In this document: positions 58,860-64,000 of the stretch, in pieces
Numbering within the stretch: the first letter of the stretch is position 1
How the letters are laid out: every line of letters begins with the position of its first letter
Program-made: the position numbers and the translations under genes
Notes under the pieces: generated by a model
Told to the model about the DNA's origin: nothing
Database searches by the model: none
The model's input: the letters and a program-made list of their open reading frames with translations, nothing else
From: Limnochordia bacterium
GTDB taxonomy: Bacteria; Bacillota; Limnochordia; DTU080
DNA: 64,000 bases
Assembly: GCA_050951545.1 (NCBI GenBank)
Contig: JBMNJG010000007.1
Coordinates: 160,001 to 224,000 of the forward strand
Direction: 5' to 3'

Positions 58860-59534
58860 ATGGCACGAAAGAGCTATGCAATAGTGGGCACGGGTCAGTT
58901 TGGCAACTACCTAGCCAGAACGCTTGCCGAGCACGGGCAGGACGTACTAGTGCTTGATGATGAGCGCGCCAGGCTTCAGCCTGTTGAGGATGTCGTTAGT
59001 CGGGTTGTGCTGGGCAACATTGCTGATGAGGCAGTCTTGCAGGAGGTAGGCATTCGCAACTTCGATGTTGTTGTGGTTGCCAGCACGCACCAGATCGAGA
59101 AGAGTTTGATGGCGGTTACGCTCTGCAAGGAGCTGGGATGTCCGTTTGTCATCGCTAAGGCTGCTAGCGCTCTGCATGCGAAGATGCTCCAGCGCTTGGG
59201 GGTAGACCGGGTCATCCAGCCTGACCTCGACATGGCTCGTCGCCTCGGACGCTCGCTGCTTTCCCGCAGTTTGCTGGATTTCATCGCTGTGACGGAGGAG
59301 TTCAGCATCATTGAGCTACCTGTGAGTCGAGGGCTGGTTGGAAAGACGCTTGCCGAGCTGAAACTGCGGGAGCGTTTCTCTATTAACGTTGCTCTTATCC
59401 AATCACACTCAGGGAGGATTAGCGTACCCGAAGCGCACTTCCAGCTGCGTGATGACGACGTTCTGATTGTTCTGGGTCGAGACTCTGATCTGCAGAACTT
59501 CGAGGAAATCCTCGGCCGGGAAGATGCGCGATGA
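58860..59534 (+). CDS. ktrA: KtrA/TrkA potassium uptake regulatory subunit
   Basis: AIVGTGQFG, IAKA, RVIQP, RCK-C GKTLAELKLR. Confidence 0.92.
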   Translation: MARKSYAIVGTGQFGNYLARTLAEHGQDVLVLDDERARLQPVEDVVSRVVLGNIADEAVLQEVGIRNFDVVVVASTHQIEKSLMAVTLCKELGCPFVIAKAASALHAKMLQRLGVDRVIQPDLDMARRLGRSLLSRSLLDFIAVTEEFSIIELPVSRGLVGKTLAELKLRERFSINVALIQSHSGRISVPEAHFQLRDDDVLIVLGRDSDLQNFEEILGREDAR

Positions 59535-60856
59535 CGCGATCGTTTTCCGCTCCCCAAATCATCGTCTTGGGGTTCGCCAGTGTTATTGCGTTAGGGGCCT
59601 TTCTCCTGGCGTTGCCGATAGCTCACGCTGCTGGCGGCTGGATGAGCCCCATTGACGCTCTGTTCACAGCGACGAGTGCGGTATGCGTTACTGGGCTCGT
59701 TGTCGTGGATACGGGCACCTTCTTCAGTCTGTTTGGTCAGATGGTCATTCTTGTTCTGATCCAGATCGGTGGATTGGGCATTGTGACAGTAGCGTCACTT
59801 TTTCTGGTCGGGTTGGGGCGGCAAGTAGCGTATTCGCAGAGGGCGCTTATTACCGAGAGTCTGAACCTGTCCACCACTGGTGGAGTGATCAGACTGCTGC
59901 TAGGGGTTCTCAAGCTGACGCTGGCCATTGAGGCGACTGGGGCGATCGCGCTCACTCTTACCTGGTACAAAAGCTTGGGTCGGGCCAAGGCGACGTACTT
60001 TGGTGTGTTTCATGCCGTGAGCGCCTTCTGCAATGCCGGATTTGATCTTTTTGGGGAGTACCGGAGTCTTACTGGTTTTGTGGGTAGCGTACCAGTGAAT
60101 CTGGTTATCACGGGGCTGATCATAGCCGGGGGACTGGGGTTTCCCGTGTTGCTCGATGTTGGGGCTCGTCTGCGTGGCACTCATCGACGCTTGCAGCTAC
60201 ACTCGAAGGTGGTCCTTTTCACCACTGCGCTGCTCATCGTGTTTGCTTTCGGGGCGTTTTATCTCTCGGAGTATAACGGCGTACTGCAGGGGCTGACCCT
60301 TAAGGAAAAACTGCTGGGCACGTATTTCCAGGCCATAACGCCGCGTACGGCTGGCTTTAGCACGCTCGGCATCGGCGGTCTGAAGACTGGTACGATTCTC
60401 ATGTTCATATTTCTCATGTTTGTGGGGGCCTCATCCGCATCAACCGGCGGCGGGATAAAAACGACCACGTTTGCCTCTCTTCTGCTTGCCACGTGGTCAG
60501 TGGTGAGAGGGGAGGATGAGGTACGCTTTGGCTCCAGAAGCATTGATAAGAGCGTGGTGTTAAAAAGCCTGGCTCTGGTCGTGTTGGCTATGGCTCTGGT
60601 GTACACAGTGACGACCCTGGTCAGCATCGTCGAGCCTTTTGCCTACGAGGATGTTTTCTTTGAGGTGACTTCGGCCTTCGGCACAGTCGGGCTTAGCACG
60701 GGAATCACGCCCTACCTGAGCCCCTTCTCCAGGGTGTTGCTTATTCTCACCATGTATGTTGGTCGTGTGGGGCCGCTTACTCTTATGTTGGCCATCGCGG
60801 CCGGGCACAAACCGCAAATATCGCGCCTTCCTGAGGGACGGATTTATGTGGGGTAA
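59531..60856 (+). CDS. ktrB: KtrB/TrkH potassium uptake membrane subunit
   Basis: TSAVCVTGL, SAFCNAGF, PRTAGF, STGGGIK, SAFGTVGLS. Confidence 0.95.
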   Translation: MTRSFSAPQIIVLGFASVIALGAFLLALPIAHAAGGWMSPIDALFTATSAVCVTGLVVVDTGTFFSLFGQMVILVLIQIGGLGIVTVASLFLVGLGRQVAYSQRALITESLNLSTTGGVIRLLLGVLKLTLAIEATGAIALTLTWYKSLGRAKATYFGVFHAVSAFCNAGFDLFGEYRSLTGFVGSVPVNLVITGLIIAGGLGFPVLLDVGARLRGTHRRLQLHSKVVLFTTALLIVFAFGAFYLSEYNGVLQGLTLKEKLLGTYFQAITPRTAGFSTLGIGGLKTGTILMFIFLMFVGASSASTGGGIKTTTFASLLLATWSVVRGEDEVRFGSRSIDKSVVLKSLALVVLAMALVYTVTTLVSIVEPFAYEDVFFEVTSAFGTVGLSTGITPYLSPFSRVLLILTMYVGRVGPLTLMLAIAAGHKPQISRLPEGRIYVG

Positions 60857-60863
60857 CAAGAAA

Positions 60864-61625
60864 ATGGGATCGGTAGCAAGTGTGATACAAGGACTCAATC
60901 AAAGAGGGGGCCGCATGCTTACCGCGGCTGATCTGCTAGCAGCGGGCACGGTGGACGTGGAGCTTATGGCCTATTTCATGTGGTCCATGCGACGAGGCGC
61001 TTCACTGATCGTTTGTGCGGGGCCGGGCGGCACTGGAAAGACTACACTCTTGGGCGCCTTGCTCTGTTTTTTGCCAGCGGATGTAGAGTTGAGGGTGGTG
61101 CAGGGATGCCACCAATACCACGATACTGGCGTGTGTTACCTCTGCCATGAGTTAGGAAGCGGCTACTTCTCCTATCTGTGGGGTGCCGAAGCTCGGGCAC
61201 TACTGGAGACAGCCAAGCATCAGGACAGGCGATACTGTGCAACTACGGCTCACGCGGATTCGCTCGACGAGTTGCGAGAGCTAATGGTGGATTCAGAGAT
61301 CGCTCTCTCTGTAGAGGCCCTGGCCCATATTGACCTGGTCGTCTTTATGGGTCGGATGGGTAGGCGTGCGCTGCGCCGGGTTACCCATGTGTACGTTGGC
61401 ACGGGTGATCCGCGGCGGTCACATACGCATGTTTGCCAGTGGGACGCGCAGACAGACCGTTTTGTCTGGCGTCTGCCTCGTGGTGAAGGCTGGGATGCGA
61501 CCTCTCCACTACATGGTGAATTGGGGGTCTACAGAGCGTTTCTAGGTGACTTGTGCCAGCAACAGATTCTTCAGGTGGCGGATGTCAGACGGGCGGTATT
61601 GGATTTCTATCGCCACGTCAAATGA
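60864..61625 (+). CDS. Short VirB11/CpaF-like P-loop ATPase
   Basis: Walker A GPGGTGKTT, His-box-like TTAHAD, IDLVVFM, RRVT; no N-terminal domain. Confidence 0.75.
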   Translation: MGSVASVIQGLNQRGGRMLTAADLLAAGTVDVELMAYFMWSMRRGASLIVCAGPGGTGKTTLLGALLCFLPADVELRVVQGCHQYHDTGVCYLCHELGSGYFSYLWGAEARALLETAKHQDRRYCATTAHADSLDELRELMVDSEIALSVEALAHIDLVVFMGRMGRRALRRVTHVYVGTGDPRRSHTHVCQWDAQTDRFVWRLPRGEGWDATSPLHGELGVYRAFLGDLCQQQILQVADVRRAVLDFYRHVK

Positions 61626-61653
61626 GAAGAGGCCTCTCCGAGAGGCCCCTTCT
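61625..61653. terminator. Bidirectional terminator-like hairpin
   Basis: AGAAGAGGCCTCT/AGAGGCCCCTTCT between convergent genes. Confidence 0.7.
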
Positions 61654-61669
61654 GCTGGTCTCTGGTCGC

Positions 61670-62545
61670 TTATTCAGCTGCAAGGATGGTATCGAGGGCT
61701 CGGGAGGTGTCGAAGATCAGCTGGTCCGGGCTCCCCGGATACGGGCTCACCTCTGCCGTAACTGGTCCGCTATAGCCGATTTCCCGCAAGGCTTCTATCG
61801 CACGCTTCCATGGCACGTCCCCCTGAAGGAGAGGCACAAAGCCGCGGATGTTGCCGATGTCGTAACGAAAGTCCTTGACGTGGATCTTGCGAATGCGCTC
61901 TCCTAGTTCAAGGATCCACTGCTCCGGATAGCCACTGATAAGCACATTCCCCACGTCAAAGTAGGCACCGACCCAGTCAGAATTGACCTCATCCACAAAG
62001 TGCGCAAACTCGAGCGGACTAAGTAGGAACTTGTTCCATACGTTCTCGATGCCAATATGTACTCGTCGCTTGGCTGCTTCACCAGCCAAGTCTCGGAGCA
62101 CAGCGAGAGAGCGATCCCAAGCCTGTCGATAGCTGGTGGTGGCGTCCACGACTCCCGGTACGACCAAGACAGTATCTGCCCCCACCGTGGCAGCTAGCTC
62201 CAGCATCTTGACCACGATGCTGGCTCCCTTGTCGCGGATTTCCTTATCTGAACTTGTGAGCGGGTATTGCCAGTGGAGGCCTGTGGATAGGCTGGGCAAC
62301 TCCAGGCCTGCATTTCGCGCTTGCTGCGCGATCTCTTGAGCAGTAGCTGCTGCGGTCTCAGTAGTCAGTCCGGCCGAATCACTTAGTCCAAGCGATTCGA
62401 TGATCGTTCCTCCGGTACCTTTGGCAGAGGGAGGCTCACCTACATTGAGCTCCAACGTCGCGAATCCGGCCTCCTGAGCCAGGCTGATGCACTCGGCTAC
62501 ACTAAAGCTGCCGGGGAAGCACCATTGATTTATCCCTTTCTGCAC
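61670..62545 (-). CDS. Sugar phosphate isomerase/epimerase (AP endonuclease 2/TIM-barrel family)
   Basis: IENVWNKFL, YFDVGN, IHVKDF, VTAE; AGGAGGTG RBS before GTG 62545. Confidence 0.92.
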   Translation of the reverse strand: MQKGINQWCFPGSFSVAECISLAQEAGFATLELNVGEPPSAKGTGGTIIESLGLSDSAGLTTETAAATAQEIAQQARNAGLELPSLSTGLHWQYPLTSSDKEIRDKGASIVVKMLELAATVGADTVLVVPGVVDATTSYRQAWDRSLAVLRDLAGEAAKRRVHIGIENVWNKFLLSPLEFAHFVDEVNSDWVGAYFDVGNVLISGYPEQWILELGERIRKIHVKDFRYDIGNIRGFVPLLQGDVPWKRAIEALREIGYSGPVTAEVSPYPGSPDQLIFDTSRALDTILAAE

Positions 62546-62720
62546 GTGAAACACCTCCTACAACCAAGGATAGCCAAACCTGGATGAATGCACAATCCCC
62601 AAACACGGCCCGAAAGGACACAGGAGGATATTTCCCCCTGGTGTTCCAGGAATATCGTGTACAGTGACGTATGTATGCTCTGGCACATAGCGGACATGCA
62701 TGGAGGGGGGGTCTCATATC

Positions 62721-64000
62721 ATGTGGGCTCGGCACAGGTTTCGTTGGAGTTGGCTTATCATTGTCTTGTTACTCATACCCGCCTCGGTTCAGGCCAGTCG
62801 GGTGCGTGTTGGGGTGTTCGAGTTTGGCGGTGTGGGCGGGTATGATGAAAAACAGACCGCCTCAAGTCTCTTGGCCAAGGCACTGGTCGACTTGGGTCGT
62901 TTCGATGTGATCGAGCGACAGAGGCTCGATCACATCATGCGCGAGCAAAGATTCCAGCAGTCCTATCCGGTGGACCAGTTCACAGCGGTAGAGATGGGCA
63001 AGGTTGCGGGCATCGCGGCGGCCTTCATCGGCCAGATCGACAGTCTCGATGCGAAGTGGAATCGGGTATCGGATGGGCCAGGGTTCTACCTTGCCACGGC
63101 CAATCTGAGCATCAAGATCATTGATGTGCGCTCAGGGCAACTGATGAAGGTGTTGACCGTCATGGGTACTGGGACCGGAGATCGGAGGGATGAAGCGCAC
63201 GTTTCTGCCCTGCAGGCCTGTTTTCGGACCAACTTGGTGGATCAGCTGAAACGTGTCTTTTCATTGGAGAGTCGAGTCTCGCGGGTCGAGGGCGATGATG
63301 TCTATCTGCCTTTGGGCCGCGATTCCGGAATCAAGCCCCTGCAACGTTTCGTCCTCTTGCGAGCGGAGGGTGGAAGCGACTGGAGTGTGGATTTCGATGA
63401 AGGATTCATGGAGGAAGTCGGCCTCGTACAGATCAAGAGTGTAAGCGGTTCTACAGCTCGTGGCCGCGTGATCTGGTCGCATAGGCCACCGCGAGTCGGT
63501 GACATTTTGGTGGAGGAGAGCCGTTCGAGAAACTTCACGGTGGGGGTATCCTTGCAGGGTACAGGGTTGCGTCTGACTGGTTCTTCAGTACCCGCGGTGG
63601 AAGAGACGGTCGCGACGTTAGTCTGGCGATTGGGCCAGGAGTTGCCCTTTCACCACGAAACCGGAGTAGAGGTGCTGGTGGCGTCGTCCCTTGCTGGAGT
63701 GGGGTGGGGTGGGTTTGGTCTCTACGGCTCCCTCGAGAGGCCTCTTGTTCGGGGATTCCTCAACGCCACCATGCAAGGTGCAGTTGGGGCAGCGATCGCG
63801 ACACAGTACTACTCAGGTTATCCGGGGGCCCCGTGGACGATTCCCTCAGCGGGCACAGCTACCGGAGCTCACCTCTATCTGAGGGGCGATGCCGGACTCA
63901 AGCTGTATATGGGGCGAAAACGAGGCCTGCGCATGGAACTGGGGACCTCCTTGCTGGCCACCCCCCCAATCAGAAGGTGGACAGCCAAAGGAGACAGCGA
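62721..64000 (+). CDS. CsgG/HfaB/FlgT-like exported protein (3' truncated by the window)
   Basis: Not in ORF track. GGAGGGGGG RBS, ATG 62721, no stop seen to the window end; signal peptide, RVGVFEF, GRFDVIERQRLDHIMREQ, IKIIDVRSGQ, VYLPLGRDSGI. Confidence 0.85.
   Translation, partial: MWARHRFRWSWLIIVLLLIPASVQASRVRVGVFEFGGVGGYDEKQTASSLLAKALVDLGRFDVIERQRLDHIMREQRFQQSYPVDQFTAVEMGKVAGIAAAFIGQIDSLDAKWNRVSDGPGFYLATANLSIKIIDVRSGQLMKVLTVMGTGTGDRRDEAHVSALQACFRTNLVDQLKRVFSLESRVSRVEGDDVYLPLGRDSGIKPLQRFVLLRAEGGSDWSVDFDEGFMEEVGLVQIKSVSGSTARGRVIWSHRPPRVGDILVEESRSRNFTVGVSLQGTGLRLTGSSVPAVEETVATLVWRLGQELPFHHETGVEVLVASSLAGVGWGGFGLYGSLERPLVRGFLNATMQGAVGAAIATQYYSGYPGAPWTIPSAGTATGAHLYLRGDAGLKLYMGRKRGLRMELGTSLLATPPIRRWTAKGDS

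Noticed and set aside
1-64000. CRISPR arrays, tRNA, rRNA, IS elements
   Set aside because: No regularly spaced repeats, cloverleaf motifs, rRNA signatures or transposase ORFs recognised; intergenic gaps are short

Overview
GC-rich bacterial chromosomal segment, probably from a sugar-degrading, spore-forming and possibly diderm member of the Bacillota (inference). Main blocks in order: (1) an AraC regulator and a sugar ABC solute-binding protein; (2) a complete six-gene type 1 BREX anti-phage cassette (brxA-brxB-brxC-pglX-pglZ-brxL, minus strand, ~3.5-16.3 kb), with an unknown downstream ORF and a gene remnant between pglX and pglZ; (3) a cobalamin riboswitch controlling btuD/F/C-like genes and cobD; (4) mixed hydrolases (ADP-ribosylglycohydrolase, BNR/sialidase-like, YdjC, PHP), two small spore-coat-like ORFs and a MATE transporter; (5) an ~18 kb divergent bacterial microcompartment (BMC) locus; (6) a HepT/MntA toxin-antitoxin pair, then housekeeping and sugar genes (Gfo/Idh/MocA, M14, THUMP methyltransferase, ThuA, M20, uronate isomerase, HAD, KtrAB, an orphan secretion-type ATPase, a sugar epimerase) and a 3'-truncated CsgG-like protein. 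The BMC locus is the best candidate for an undescribed system. It has three aldolase-fold proteins (one apparently catalytically dead), two acylating aldehyde dehydrogenases, two non-canonical acetate kinases, PduL, PduS, 2 BMC-H, 2 BMC-T, 3 BMC-P and an EtfAB/FAD hydroxyacid dehydrogenase module. It has no alcohol dehydrogenase, glycyl radical enzyme or B12 enzyme. No CRISPR array, tRNA, rRNA, integrase or transposase was recognised. All calls come from reading motifs by eye; no searches were run.
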